Part shown: positions 23,761 through 37,205 of the stretch, in pieces
Layout: each line of letters starts with the position of its first letter
How positions within the stretch are numbered: position 1 is the stretch's first letter
Source: Callorhinchus milii
Lineage: Eukaryota
DNA length: 64,000 bases
Direction of reading: 5' to 3'
Assembly: GCF_018977255.1 (NCBI RefSeq)
Contig: NW_024704742.1
Span: forward strand, 7,628,001 to 7,692,000
Notes under the pieces: generated by a model
Databases searched by the model: none
The model's input: only the letters and a program-made list of their open reading frames with translations
What the model was told of the DNA's origin: nothing
Translations under genes and position numbers: made by a program

Positions 23761-24183
23761 GGGGGACACAGCTCTGCTGCTGGTAACCACCAGATCAGAC
23801 TGTGCAAATTTAGGACAATTCAGTGATTCCACATTCGGTTCACCCTGACCTGTTTATAGACTGGGTATAGCGTGGACCTGCACTGTTCCAGAGGTGGGGT
23901 ACCCTTGGATTCTGGCGCTGTCTAACTGGTTTCACACACTGAAGAAAAGCCACCAGGTCATCAGGTTGCCCTGTCAGCCCTGATTGACACTGTTCTTAGT
24001 CAATGTTTGACTGACCTTTGCAGCACAACAACTAAAAAGAGGCAGACGGGCTACCTACATGGCAACCGGTAACAACAAAGTTCCTTTGTCTACCTCACTG
24101 CCTACAAATACACAGCCACTACACTTTAGTTGATCCTGTGAAGTACTTTGAGATGTCCTCACAACGTCTGATTATTTGTCACA

Positions 24184-24305
24184 TAATAATAATCCTTGCA
24201 TTTGATATAGCGCCTTATCACATCTTCAAGACGTCTCAAAGCGCTTCACAGAATGTACTGTAAAGTGAATGACTGTTTATTTTGTGGGCGAAATGCAGCA
24301 GCCAC
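24184..24305 (-). mobile_element. SINE 3' tail fragment
   Basis: taataataatccttgcatttgatatagcgccttatc... Confidence 0.85.
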
Positions 24306-25502
24306 ATGTCTTTCCCCTGCCCCGCATCCCATTGAATCCAAAGCTTGAGCCTAGCCCTACTTAGAGCAGAACTCCAATCATATCCAAGATAGACTCTGAA
24401 ACAAAGAATGGCTTCAAGTGGAAATGAGGCTAATTTGAGCTGCTCTAACCTCAGGAGATTATCAGTAATAGCTGCTTCTTCCTTTCATTAATGATCGCTC
24501 TACCACTAGGTAAGGCATTATTTTTTCCTGTTGGTCCCCGTTGATGAAATATTGAGCTGTGGCCTAAAAGCTGAGAACACAGACCAGCTCAATGATGGTC
24601 TATTACTGGAACCTTAACACCGCGTGCTTTTGAGAGGTTAAAAAGCCCTTATCTGCAAAAAAAAATAGTCCTTTTAACTGATCTTCAAAAAAGAAACTTC
24701 TTTGAGCCACACCAATTGATCTGTTTCACATACTGATTGCAAATTGGTCACACTCACGTTACAAATGTTATGAACCGAAGAAGAAGATAAATGATCACAG
24801 CAAGAATGAGTAACTGTTAACTAGAACAACGTTTTTTTTAAAAAAAATAAAGATATTGCACACAATTGGATTGAATACATCTGAGTTGATTTCATTTTAC
24901 AATGCAGAGGGGTTCGGGGTGGAGAGTGGCAACCACTTACAATGACATTAATACTGAAATCCTAGCCCATTTGAAAAACCCTGTAATGGCACTTCAAAGT
25001 GAATATTCACCCTAGAGGGTGTGTTGGTCTAATCATTTTCTTACATTAACCCAATTACTGGAACAGGTGGCTTCATTTGAAATATCTGTGGCAGACTGCA
25101 CCCAGCGCAGTCCAAACAGACTAAAAAAAACAAGAGCCTGTTCGTTTTTCATGGCTTTCAAAGCTCTTTGGTGACTGGAAAATCCAAATCAATGGATTAT
25201 GTGGATCAGTGTGTGTCTGCGTGTCTCATTCTCACAAACTTCTGACTCTTGAGTGCCGGGGCAGGATCAATATTTTATGTTTTCTGAACCAACGTTTATT
25301 TCCAAGTGATGCATATTTGAACAATGTTAATTTGTATATAAGTGTGCAAAATTGTTTGCTCGTGATTGCCTAACGTATCTACGCACAGAAATATACCCTT
25401 TATGCAGCAAAGCAGCAGAGTCAGCAATATCTGGGTACCATAAAATCCCAACCCACTTACAATGCGCACAATTACTGGTCAGCACACCCACATTTGTTGT
25501 AC

Positions 25503-25883
25503 ATAATAATAATAATCCTTGCATGTCATACAGCACCTTATCAGGTCTTCGAGACGTCTCAAAGCGCTTCACAGAATATACTGTAAAGTGAATTGACTGT
25601 ATATTTTGTGGGCGAAATGCAGCAGCCAATTGTGCACAGCAACGTCCCACAAACAGGCGGGGATTGAGTGTCCAAATTATTATTGGCCCTGGAAAAGCGA
25701 ATCCGCCAATCAACTAACAACCGGGTTCCTACTTACTTCTAGGTAAACAGAGGCTTGTAGAGTAAGGAAACTTACCCACCATTTCACCCTGCCCGGGAAT
25801 CAAACCTGGAGTCCTGTAGCTCAGTGGTTAGAGCACTCCTCTCACTTGCGCGTGCTCTATAACCACTGAGCTACAGGACTCCA
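25503..25883 (-). mobile_element. SINE A subfamily, full length, with inverted duplication in its head
   Basis: Standard body; 25807-25836 is an inverted copy of 25852-25883. Confidence 0.9.
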
Positions 25884-28800
25884 CGCAGACAGAGTGTCCT
25901 GCATGATATCCCTGTGCTAAACATTTGCTGACTTCCAATTATCGTGTCGTTGCCTATATCACTTTAGGCAGAAATGACATCAGCAACAACCCACTGACCC
26001 GGAAGCCAGACTTTTTTGTAAGCAAGTTGTGTCCTGACTATCGATGGCCTTCTGTCTGCATTTTGGATGTTTTCATGAATAAATGTCAGGGTCCACACCC
26101 CCAGCCAACTGAACCCCATTATGAGGTGAACGACCAATTGTATTCAGTGAATTGTTGGCCAGGACAGCAAGTAGTGCCATGAAATCATTAACATCAACCT
26201 GAGCTGGCAGACAGGACCTTGGCTTAATGTCTCATCAACGGACAGATTTGGGCTGGGTAGTGAGGGTACAACACTCAGATACATGATGCCAATCTCCCAA
26301 ATGAATAACGATTCAGAGCACTGGCTTGTCCGTGATCTGTGTAAGGGAGATCTCTGTTACAGATAGAGTAAGAGCATCTCTCATCAATGCTCCCTCAATT
26401 GTTATGGAAACATTAGGATCTGAAATCCAAGACAAAATGCGGGCTGGCAATAACTCTCCATGAGAACAGATACAAGGAACTGCTTTGCAGGGATTTTGTG
26501 ACATCCCAGATGCCTCTGTGATGTGTTAGTTGGCACTTATGTTGACAGCAGTTCTGTACTATCACATAACCCTGGTTGAGTGCCAGTGGATTCCCTCTGA
26601 AAGCACTCAGCCCACAGCGACAACATCACCAAGTACCTTCAGCACCATTGCTGGTTAGCCACGGATCCAGGCCGTCTGGATTCCCTGCATGTCTGAAGTT
26701 GGCAATGCAGCCAACAAGCAATGCTGCTGGTTCCAGCATCAGTGTGTCAAATGAATAAAACCCAAACTAAACTATGCATTCTGTAGCAAAGCACAAATTA
26801 GGAATACCAGTAAGCCTGGGACACTACCCTGGGTGAGGGGCGTTATATAAACACAAGTTGTTGTTGTACCCTGATTGCCAATACCCCAAACAAAAGAAAT
26901 GAGTCCAAACTGGTTACATTACTGCAACAAATTTCTCACTGAAACCCCGATGAAGCTGTCTTTAGGGCAGTCGTGGTTGTTGTTTTGTTGGTGCTCTTGT
27001 GAACATGTCTTTTGTTCTCCCTTCACGGCTTGGCATTATTGCTCTTCCAGAACCATGTTCAGGACTTTTATCGATTGCTGTACGATTCGACATGAATAAC
27101 AATAAGCCTTGCATCTCACACAGCACATTGTCAAAACGTCTCGAAGCACTTCACAGGATTTCCTGTAAAGGGTGGTAACTGTGTCTTTTTGTAGGCGAAC
27201 ACATACCTCACAACTGTCACGTTTCGACCTCCCAAAGCCACTGTACCACGCACCCAGACTTCCCAGCCACTTGCTGCGCTCACAGATAAGATTTTTGTTA
27301 TTGCAATCCTCTTTAAACAGTTGAAATGTTGAAAGATATGCGAAGGTGGCAGAGAATTTCCACAAAGCAATGCCCAACAAACAGCCATGAAGTGAGTGAA
27401 TGGAGGGTCATTGGCCAGGAGTGTTTAGAGAGTAAAAGCTTTGCAAAGAATTGAGTCACAAGGGGGCACCTGACTCACTGCGTGTGCTCAGTCTGTGTCT
27501 CCCTCACTTGGCGAATTCTGCATTCTTAAAGTAGAGTTGTCTCTGCAACTTCTGCTGATGGCTGCCAGAAAATCAAAGACATTCCTTCAAAGATTCCAGC
27601 ACAATGTTGCGCTAAGTGGCAATACAGATCGAGCAGAATGGTCACTTTAATTGCCACTGGTAGAGCTGAACATATGGTTGATTGGCTCAGCAAGTCTCTC
27701 TGGGGCAGGTGGCACAACCTCTGTGGTGACCCTGAACCTCCTCGCACACTGCTTTTCTGTCATGTCCGAGTAGCTCAGTCTCTTCTGGAGCGCAGGATTG
27801 TGCTTGCTGCCAACTGATAGAGCCAAAGGCATCTGGACCATCAGATCTCTTCCAATTCAGGTGGCCAAGCCGAGCTTACAGCATCCATTCTTTGAGTCAA
27901 AAATGTTAGCCTTAACGTGACCAACTCAATCTTGCCCTCCACCTCACAAATCTCCACACTTTTTACACCTCCCAAACACCAGCCCTGAATGAGCATTATA
28001 CAATGATAATCCTTGCATTTGATAAAGTGCCTTATCATGTCATCGACACACCTCAAAATGCTTCACAGGATTGTATTGTGTTTCAATGAAGAATATTTTA
28101 ATCCCGGGTCAATGTACTTTCTGAGCTGTAGGAAATGTTTCCATTAAATTTTGAGCGCCGGACGGGGAGATTCAGGTCTTATTTCAGAATTGAGGAGGAG
28201 TATCAAGAGAACAGCTGAACTTTCTTCTCTAACTTTCTTCTCCAACCCATTACGTATATGATCTTTATATAACTTTAACTATACCTGAGGTCGAACTCAC
28301 CCAGTATCACAGTTTCACTCCCTGTCTTCATTAAAGATGCATCAGCACAAGCAGATATCACTTAATAAGGCCTGAGCAGTCTTGTTTGTCCAGAAGCATT
28401 ATTTATGTAAAAATATAATCAAATGGGTTATTCATGAAGAAGCTCATCTCAAACACCTACCAGCAGAAGTTACAGTCGGAAACAAACCAGACTTGCTTCA
28501 GGCCAAATTGTTCGAAACCATCAAATTCCCAACCTGGCCTGAAATTCTGATATTACAGCGCCTCTGAAGTTTCCAGTTAAAAACTGTGGAGATGTGAACC
28601 CCCACTCCCATATTGTTCTCTTTCTACCCTCTCTTCTCTTCTAAGATCTCAAAGTGAAAGCTGTGGCAGCCAGATTGACTGAGTTCAGGTAGACGTCAAG
28701 TTACCCTGCCATTGGGGTCACTTTCACTTGTGAGATATTTCAACGATAAGGTGCTGCATCAAATGCAAGGATTATTATTATTATTATTATTTACGTGACC

Positions 28801-29714
28801 AGACTTCTCTATTACATCAAAATGTTTCTCAGTGAAGCATAAAAGAAGCCCAGGGTCATACCGCTGATGTGACTTCCTGATGTGTTGATATGCGCCATGC
28901 ATACACAAGAAGCACCATGAGGTCATTTCCTCTGTAAAGTAACCTCAGTGGCACTTCCTGCACAAATTACAAATGCACAGCACCCAAAAAAGTCATTTTT
29001 CACACGTATAGTTTATAATAGGCCTCCAAGCTATTGGACCCAGAGGACTGCTTTTAATGAGGTTTCGACTGTATCAAGAACAGACAGGTAATCACTAGCA
29101 TCTCGTGTTCTCAGTTTCCTTTTCATTGTCAGGGCAACAGCAGAAAAGAACCTGCCCAAATGGTTGAGATGAGTGACATGGGTCAGGAAGGGCAATATAA
29201 AGACATATGAGGGACCCATTAAGGGAGGAAAACTTAGAAGTATGAAGGTTCACAGGCCACATTAACCAGCATAGTATGACTAATTTACACTCTCCAAAAA
29301 GCCATCCTGAATTCTGAATTCTGAAAGGTTCATTTACATTGACAGAAGTCATGAAAGATCAAACTAATAATTTGATTGTGAAAAAATAGAAGTGAAAAAT
29401 GGAAGAAAGAGCTTGCACAGTGCCTTACACATCGAACCATGCCTTATCACATCGAGATCCTCTCGACTGGCTTTTGGGGTAAAAATATTTTACAATGAAC
29501 GATTTTTTTTAAAAAAAGGCACATCCTGTTCTATGATATAAATCACTGGAGCAACCTGGCAACACAGAAGATGGGGTACAACTGAGATGGGGAATCCGAT
29601 CCGAGACAGCTCTAAGTGTATTGCTTTCTCAAGACAGGAAGAAAAAATATGCAGCATTTACAAAGGTTTCACTTTCTACTACACATAAGAGGGAAGGTGG
29701 GAAAAGAGAAATAT

Positions 29715-30070
29715 TCAAGGTGACCTAATTGAGGTTTTCAAGATTGGGAAGGGGATTGAGAACTTGCTGCAAGCAATTTGTTCATTGTTGTGAAGGGCTC
29801 AAATACCAAGCATGCAGGTTAAAAATTAGGAAGAGTAAAGGGAGAAATTGGCAGCACTTTTACCCAAAGGATAGGAGTCTTGCAGAATAATTTAGCAGGG
29901 AAGACAACTGGAGCAGAAAATTTAAAAGGGGTCAAATGGGTGTGTTCTGGAGATTGAGGGATACAGAATCACAGAGGGATTTGGAGATAAAGCAGGCAAG
30001 GTGTGGTCATGAATTCAAAAGAGATGAATATTTTTGGTTCAATAGTCTTTTCTTGGTTCTAAAAATCTGA
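29715..30070 (+). mobile_element. Very old CR1 3' fragment
   Basis: ggtgacctaattgaggttttcaagatt (GDLIEVFKI) and a decayed 3' end. Confidence 0.6.
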
Positions 30071-30168
30071 ATTTCTGTAAAGCAAAGGGAGGAAGTATGA
30101 AAGTTTTCTTTTTATTACAAGACCCAAGTGAAGGCCAAGGGCTCTTACTGCTGGAGACCCCTAGGGTT

Positions 30169-30489
30169 TAATAATAATAATAATAATAATCCTTGCATTT
30201 GATATATAGCTTTTCACGTCATTTAGATGTCTCAAAGCACTTCACCGAATATACTGCAAAGTGAATTGACTGTATATTTGTGGGCGAAACGCGGCAGCCA
30301 ATTGCGCACAGTAGTGTCCCACAAACAGTCGTGGATTGAAGTGACCAAATTATTATTGCTGTTTTTTTGAGAGATTATTATCAGGCGTGTGGAGTAAGGA
30401 AACTTGCCCACGGTTTTGCCCTGCCGGTAATCAAACCCAGGTCTCTCGCTTGTGAGGCGAGTGATCTAACCACTGAGCTACAGGGCTCC
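30169..30489 (-). mobile_element. tRNA-derived SINE, short 'B' subfamily, full length
   Basis: Lacks the internal block of A copies: junction ...ccacacgcct|gataataat... Confidence 0.9.
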
Positions 30490-33320
30490 ACACAAGCATG
30501 GGAGAAGACAAAATTAATCGAGACATGGTTACAGGGTGGGAACAGCAAATTTCGAATTTAAAACCCTGCATTCAGTAGGAGGAAGGCTCAGGGAGGTCAG
30601 GAAAGAAAGGTATTCAAAGGTTTACGTCCAACGATCAAAAGTTTAATCATCTTTGAAACTTGTCTTCATTCAAACCTGATTCCAATAGTGGGAACAGTTA
30701 AGCAATTAAGCTTAACAGTTAAGCATAACAGATCATTCTTGATCTGCCACCCTGGGAACCAGAAAGATATCATTGATCAGCTATCTTCCTTCAAAAGGGC
30801 AATTCTCTGAACTCATACATTAATATTGGATGCACACGGACACATGATTCAGAATTATTTACATTTAGAAAATTGATCAAGTCTGACTGCCAGCAAGGGA
30901 ATGATCAGGCTGGTCATGATTGTTCCAGTTTTCGGCGGACTGCCGACTTACAGTGAGTGGATCTTCCTTATCATGCATCCTGAAGCTTTTTTCTGTGTTA
31001 CTGCTGACCCTTTTGTAGAACTTTTCTTTCTAGTGTCAGCAATGTATGTTGGCCAATAGGATTTGTGTGACCATATGTGTAGATAGCATGGATTTGCAAT
31101 GTGCAGCTTTGACAAGGTCATCCGTAGTTCCTAAGATAAGTCGCATCTTACTAAAGGAGCTTATTATTATCATAAATGAAAAAAAACATGATGGTATTAA
31201 AGCCTTGAGTTGTCAAGCATATAATTTCCATGCGAGTCCTGTATACGTCAGGTGAGGAACAGCGCTGGAGATGCTTATAACCATTATCTTTGAACGTGAT
31301 GTGATTAAACACTCCCACTTGGATTTACAGCAAGAGAGAACATGCAATTTTATGCTGGTTTGTGTCAGGAAGCTTCAAAACACTTCACAAGTAAATGCTG
31401 TCATGAGTAGAGACTAATTTTATTTAGGTAAAGGTAGGTGTCAGTCATATACGCCAGCAAAGTCCCATGAACAACCACAAGGTGAATGATCTATTAATCT
31501 GTAGCAACATTGGCCTGGGACATCATGACAAGCTCGCTTCTCTTTTTAAATAGTCATGTATCTTCGATGCTGACCTGAAAACAGGGAGACAGAAACATCA
31601 TTTGACATCTCTGATCAATCTTCATCTCTCTTCAATGATAAGGAAGTCCCAATGCAGATTAGGCTTGCGGGGTGTAAAACATGTGCCTAAATAATCCTCC
31701 TGTATGGTTCAGGATAAGCAGTGAAGTGGATTTGTGGCATAAACAGAAACTAGCTTCAGGGTAGGAAGCCTCTGACCTGATAGTGCTGAATAAATCTGGT
31801 ACATGGCACTGGAACTTGGACCTCCAGAACAACGAGGTGGCTGGCTCTCACAATCTGTCTTGTAAAGGTCCTCCCACCATGTTGGCGGGGCAGATGTCCA
31901 TTGAATAGCTGATGAGGAAACTGAGGCTTGGGACGACATCTGGTGGAAGGTGATGCCTGGAGTCCAGATTGATGAACAGGCATTGATAAATACAGGACTT
32001 ATATTCAAGAGAATGCAGGCAACACTCTGACACATTTAGCCTGAGTTGTGCTGCTCACTAAGAGGCTCACAGGGAGTTGTGGAACCTGCAATCCACTTAG
32101 TGAGATCGACTCTTGATGGATATCGAATGACCAATTAATGAGAGTAACCTACTTAGCGGACAGGAGAGGCGGAGGTAAATAGGCCCCTCTTCGGGCTGAG
32201 CTGGCTCCAAGGTGATGTGTTTGGTAACAGAATTTTGGAATGAAGTCAATTCTCTATGGCTGTCTCGCAGTCCAGTTCCTGAGCCAGGTGCGTCCACAGT
32301 CCTGCAGGGCACTGCTGCTGATGATCATTTTCTGCATCTATCAGACATCATTCCGACTAAATAAAACACACTCCTACCTACGCTAGAGTGTCAGCCCGGA
32401 TTATGAGCTCAGAACCTGACATGGGGCTTGGATCCACAACCTTCACATTCTAAGGATGGAGTGTTAACCAAAAAAACAAATCAAATGTTAGAGCCTACAC
32501 TGGTGTTCAGAATTAAGTCCAGCTTCCGAGACAGAACTCCAGCATATTCAATCTAGCAAGCTTCCTGCTGTGTTCAGCTAGGACGACCCTACCTGTAGTG
32601 GCTTTGATTTGCTGGGTAAACAGAAGCTGAATGGGAAGAATCCTTGCCCCAAGTGCCCTCCAATTCCTACTGATGATCCAGGCTGGCTGTGCTGCCATCA
32701 TCAGTCCCCTGGAGTAATGCGGACCTGCCTGGTTCAGGAACTGGACTACCGAGACCGCTACAGAGGGTTGACTCAATTCTGTGATTCCGTTGCCAAGAGT
32801 GTCAACTTGGAGTCAGTTCAGCTTCAACCGAGTCCTTGTTTTCTGTATGTTCTTTCAAGTTACTTGCTGGCGGAGCCTTTCATCTCACCAATGTTGGCTG
32901 CATTCAAGCCAGGCTCCCAGACGTGAAAAATATTGTGCAGACCCTCTGAACAATCAGCTTTCCTTTGAAAGCTATTATAATAGCCCTTGCCCAAAAATGC
33001 AAGTATTATTTATTATAATCATTATACTATACTTATATTGTTTAGGTTAATAGATGTACCGGGACTTTCAAAAGCTGCAGGATGAACTCAAGCTTCATAG
33101 GATATGAAAAAACATTCTAATTTTTCACGTCAGCACAAGAATGTTTCTTGATCATTTCAACAGGGTCATTCTCACAACACGCAATCACTGATTACCCATA
33201 CACCGCCATTATCTGGTCCCGGGACTACACAAGCCAATTATTGTGCAATAGTTCTGCAAGCAAACCAAACCTCTGGAATTTAAAACAAGTCAGTTCGTCA
33301 AGGACTATGGCCATCATAGT

Positions 33321-33693
33321 GGAGTCCTGTAGCTTAGTGGAGCTACAGATTAGAGCGCTCACTTCACTAGCGAGAAATCTGGGTTCGATTCCCAGGCAGG
33401 GCGAAATGTTGGGCAGGTTTCCTGACCCCACAAGCCTCTGTTTACCTAGCAGTAAGTGTGAACCCAGTTGGTAGTTGATTGGCGGATCATTTTTCTGGGG
33501 TAATAGTTCCTTAAAAAAATAATAAATTGTCACTCAATCCACGACTGTTTGTGGGACACTGTTGTGCGCAATTGGCTGCCGTGTTTCGCCCACAAGATAT
33601 GCAGTCAATTAACTTTACAGGATATTCTGTGAAGCACTCTGAGACATCTTGAAGACGTGATAAGGCGCTGTATCAAATGCAAGGATTATTATT
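33321..33693 (+). mobile_element. SINE A subfamily, full length
   Basis: ggagtcctgtagc...gggttcgattcccaggcagggcgaaa...tatcaaatgcaaggattattatt. Confidence 0.9.
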
Positions 33694-34708
33694 GTGTCTC
33701 TTGTTTCCTTGAGGCAGCCAGATCACTGTAATCGCTCCGGGACACTACTCCACGTGAAGGGCACAATGTAAATGCAAGTTACTGTAGTTGTCCTTGTTGC
33801 AATTAGATTGTTATAGGGCACTGTTCTAGGGTGGAATGAACTACATATCCAGAATTTGAACACAGACACAGAAAAAGGGGAAAAATGACTGAAATAATCT
33901 CATATTTCTTTTGAAGACATTTAAACATAACAAAATGAAGCAATTTATACATCATCTATTATCTAGATTAGTATTTTCCTCATTAACAAAGCGTATGCCG
34001 TACATATTACGTGCTAAACATTGCATTGCTAAACACTGCATCAAATGTTTTCATTCAAATAATATCTCATGGATTCAGCATATAGTTTGGGAGATGACAT
34101 GTCTAGCGACTGCCAGGATGGTGGAAGGTGAACTACAGTACATGGACCTTGGTCTTCTTTCACCGAGCAATTCTTACGTTCTTATGTACCTTACATTGTA
34201 TTGCAAATGATTAAGTCACGTGGACTTCCATGCAGCCCTGTTATAACTCGGCAATTCGGTTTCATATATTCTAAATCAGTAACTGGGCACAAACGCTGCT
34301 CATCACTTCTGTACGGTGATATCACCGATCACACGACTAATAACTTCACTCCACGTGCGAGTAGAAAGTTGTCCATCTTCCTGTGCTAAAAATGGCTGAC
34401 TCTCAGGTCACTTACGGCACTTTCCTTACCCTGCACGGACATCACAACCATCACAATCAATGCACAACGTAACCTGCTCATGCAAGGTGCCTTTGTTGTG
34501 AATGTGCCTCACAGCGCAGGAAGCTGGCCAACCGCTCACAGCGAACCGGTTTTATTAGCAACGACGAAATGCATCAGAACAGGACTGCACTGTACCCGTC
34601 TTAAGAATTCCATCAAAATTCAGGTCGTCATCGCAACCAGTTGACACTCAAACAATCACTCATTCTAAAAGATGAGTCAAAAACAAATGTTTTGAGTTGT
34701 CGACGACA

Positions 34709-35013
34709 AATAATAATAATAATAATCCTTGTATTTGATATTGCGCTTTTTCATGTCTTCGAGACGTCTCAAAGCCCTTCACAGAATAGACTGTAAAGTG
34801 AATTGACTGTATATTTGTGGGCGAAACGCAGCAGCCAATTGCGCACAGCAGTGTCCCACAAACAGTCGTGGATTGAAGCGACCAATTTATTATTGTTTTT
34901 TTTCTTGAAGGTTTATTATCAGGCGTGTGGAGTAAGGAAACTTGCCCAACATTTGGCCCTGCCAGGAATCGAACCCAGTGCGAGGCGAGTGCTCTAACCA
35001 CTGAGCTACAGGA
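34709..35013 (-). mobile_element. SINE B subfamily, near full length, ~106 nt downstream of the exon 5 donor
   Basis: Same B junction; small deletion in the tRNA head. Confidence 0.88.
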
Positions 35014-35119
35014 GGTTGCACAAATGCTCAGCTGTCGGTGGAGATCACAGCGGCAATGAACCGAAGTGCATTTACAATCCCTGTCTGAATCCCAAAGAAG
35101 CCAACCGAGGAGTACCTAC

Positions 35120-35455
35120 CCGCTTGGTTTGTGGTGACATTGACGGACACGAACTGCCTGGGCGTTGGGCTCATCTCCGACACTCCGTTCACCGCTTCGA
35201 TCTCGAAGGTGTAATTGGTGTGAGCCAGGAGATCCATCACCATCACCGAGGTGTTCTTGAGACCAGACCGCTGCGGGATATACCTGACACCGCTGCCGCA
35301 CTCCTCACACTGGAACAAGTCCACACTGCACCGTTTGCAGACGATGATGTACTTGATGTCCTTTCGCCCACCGGTGTCAATAGGAGGGCTCCAGTCCAAA
35401 ATAACACTGGTCTTGTTGATGTTGGAGATAACATTCTGCGGAGCAGAAGGTGGCC
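35120..35455 (-). CDS. EPHA5: EphA5 coding exon 5 (first fibronectin type III domain), 336 bp, phase 1-1
   Basis: ORF 35028..35480 contains [32 protein letters not shown]...[30 protein letters not shown]...[21 protein letters not shown] and [10 protein letters not shown] match EphA5 as I recall it. Acceptor gtgacAG at 35457-35456; donor GTaggt at 35119. Confidence 0.95.
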
Positions 35456-35654
35456 CTGTCACCAATGACAAAAAAAACACAATGTTGATTCCCCGGTCCT
35501 TACGATGCCCGACCCACGTAAATGGTTAAATCTCAAAAGGATTAAGTAAATGATTTGTTCCAAATTGGGCGATAATTTATTTCCATGCAACGCTGCTCAA
35601 CTAGAAGTTAATTTGAAAAAAAAATACACTGTTTAAAAGCATTATGTTTCATAT

Positions 35655-36030
35655 ATTTAATAGGGGTGTTCAAAATAATGAGGGGTTTTAATCGAGTAGA
35701 TAGGGAGAAACTGTTTCCACTGCCAGGTGGGTTAGTAACCAGGGCACGTAGATTTAAGATAATTGGCAAAAGAACCAGAGGTGAGGAGAATATTTTTTTT
35801 TACCCGGAGAGTTGTTACGATCTGGAATGCACTGCCTGAATGGGTGGTGGAAACAGATTCAATAACAACTTTCAAAAGGGAATTGGATAGGTACTTGAAG
35901 AGGAAAAATTTGCAAGGATATGGGGAAAGAGCGGGGAGTGGGAATGATTGGGTAGCGCTTCCAAAGAGCCGGCACAGACACGATGGGCTGAATGACCTCC
36001 TTCTGTGCTGTAATAGTCTATGATTCTACT
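35655..36030 (+). mobile_element. CR1 3' end (younger family, same as 17275-17665)
   Basis: ORF 35763..36023 FFTRRVVTIWNALPEWVVETDSITTFKRELDRYLK; tail ...ctatgattcta. Confidence 0.9.
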
Positions 36031-36469
36031 AATTCTTAAGAAATAAACCTAATGAAATCAACAATGTACTTAAGACAATTATTTCTGGCTTTAATATATG
36101 TCACATCACTTTCCACATTTTGAGATTAATTTGATGCATAAACTACAAGATCTGTGCAGACTCCACCTGAGCAAATTGCCAAAACAGTAAACTTCAGTCG
36201 TCATCTATCGTACTCTCGTGAAGTCGAATTTAACATCAAGGTATATTGATAGGTATCTCGGAATGTCACTCTGCTATTGCAATTCTTCCCATTCCTTGCA
36301 GTTTTGTTTGTACTTACAATAACATCCAGGAAACACAACTGTTGCCTAAACATTCTGTAGAAGTAGTTGTTAGCTTCCATGGGACTTCATCCCACCACAA
36401 GAGAAGGGGGAACAGCTAACCATACTGACTACAAAGATCATTTCTGGCTGGCACTGTACTGAATATAGG

Positions 36470-37205
36470 TAATTGTAGGGAAAGGCTGGTTAGGTTGGTG
36501 ACGTACTCTCTGCAGTTGAGGAGCAATTTGTGGTAATTATGTTGAGTTATGAAAGGACTAGACAAAGTAAGCAATGTGTGTTTATTTATCCCCTGGTGAG
36601 TCCATCAGTTACAAGAGGACATAACCTTAGGTTCGAGATGAATTGCAGTGTAATACGAACCTGGAACGCACTGCCCCAGAAAGACATAGATGAGAAATCC
36701 GTTAATAATAATAATCCTTTCATTTGACATAATGTCTTAGCATGTCTTCGAAATGTCTCAAAGCTCTTCACAGAATATACTGTAAAGTGAGTTGACTGTA
36801 TAATGCGTGGGCAAAATGCGGACAGCAGATCCCACAAACAGTCATGGATTGAGTGATCAAATTATTATTATTGTTTTATCTATATATTTATTTTTGAAGG
36901 GTTTATTACCCTACTACCTACTTACCGCTAGGTAAACAGAGGTTGAGGGATTTAAGTGAGAGATGCATAGATACTTGAGAAGTAAAAATATTAAAGTATC
37001 ACTCTTCTGCTTTCAAATTTCACAACGTATTAGACCTTAAAACAAATCGCACACCAACAATAGACCACAATAGTAAATTGTAATAAAAATATTAAAGGAA
37101 ATGGGAACAAGGCAGGAGATGGGATTAAGGGGAGATTGCACATGTGGCAGAGCTAGTTTGAGTGGCTAAATGACCTTCTCTGGTACCTTATTTTCTATGT
37201 TCCTA
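36470..37205 (+). mobile_element. Old CR1 3' fragment with a nested minus-strand SINE (~36703-36945) and an 87-bp insert
   Basis: VTRGHNL...IRTWNALPQ before the SINE; CR1 resumes at tttaagtgagagatgcatagatacttgag and ends gagtggctaaatgaccttctc. Confidence 0.7.

Larger units (their letters stand above)
2706..35119 (-). other. EPHA5: EPHA5 intron 5 (~32.4 kb, GT-AG)
   Basis: Bounded by the exon 5 donor and exon 6 acceptor; phases join as G|CA = Ala. Confidence 0.88.

Noticed and set aside
35120..35455. Assignment to EPHA3, EPHA4, EPHA6 or EPHA7
   Set aside because: All four exons fit remembered EphA5 signatures best ([36 protein letters not shown]); a phylogeny would be needed to be certain.
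35016..35468. 150-aa plus-strand ORF
   Set aside because: Antisense shadow of EPHA5 exon 5.
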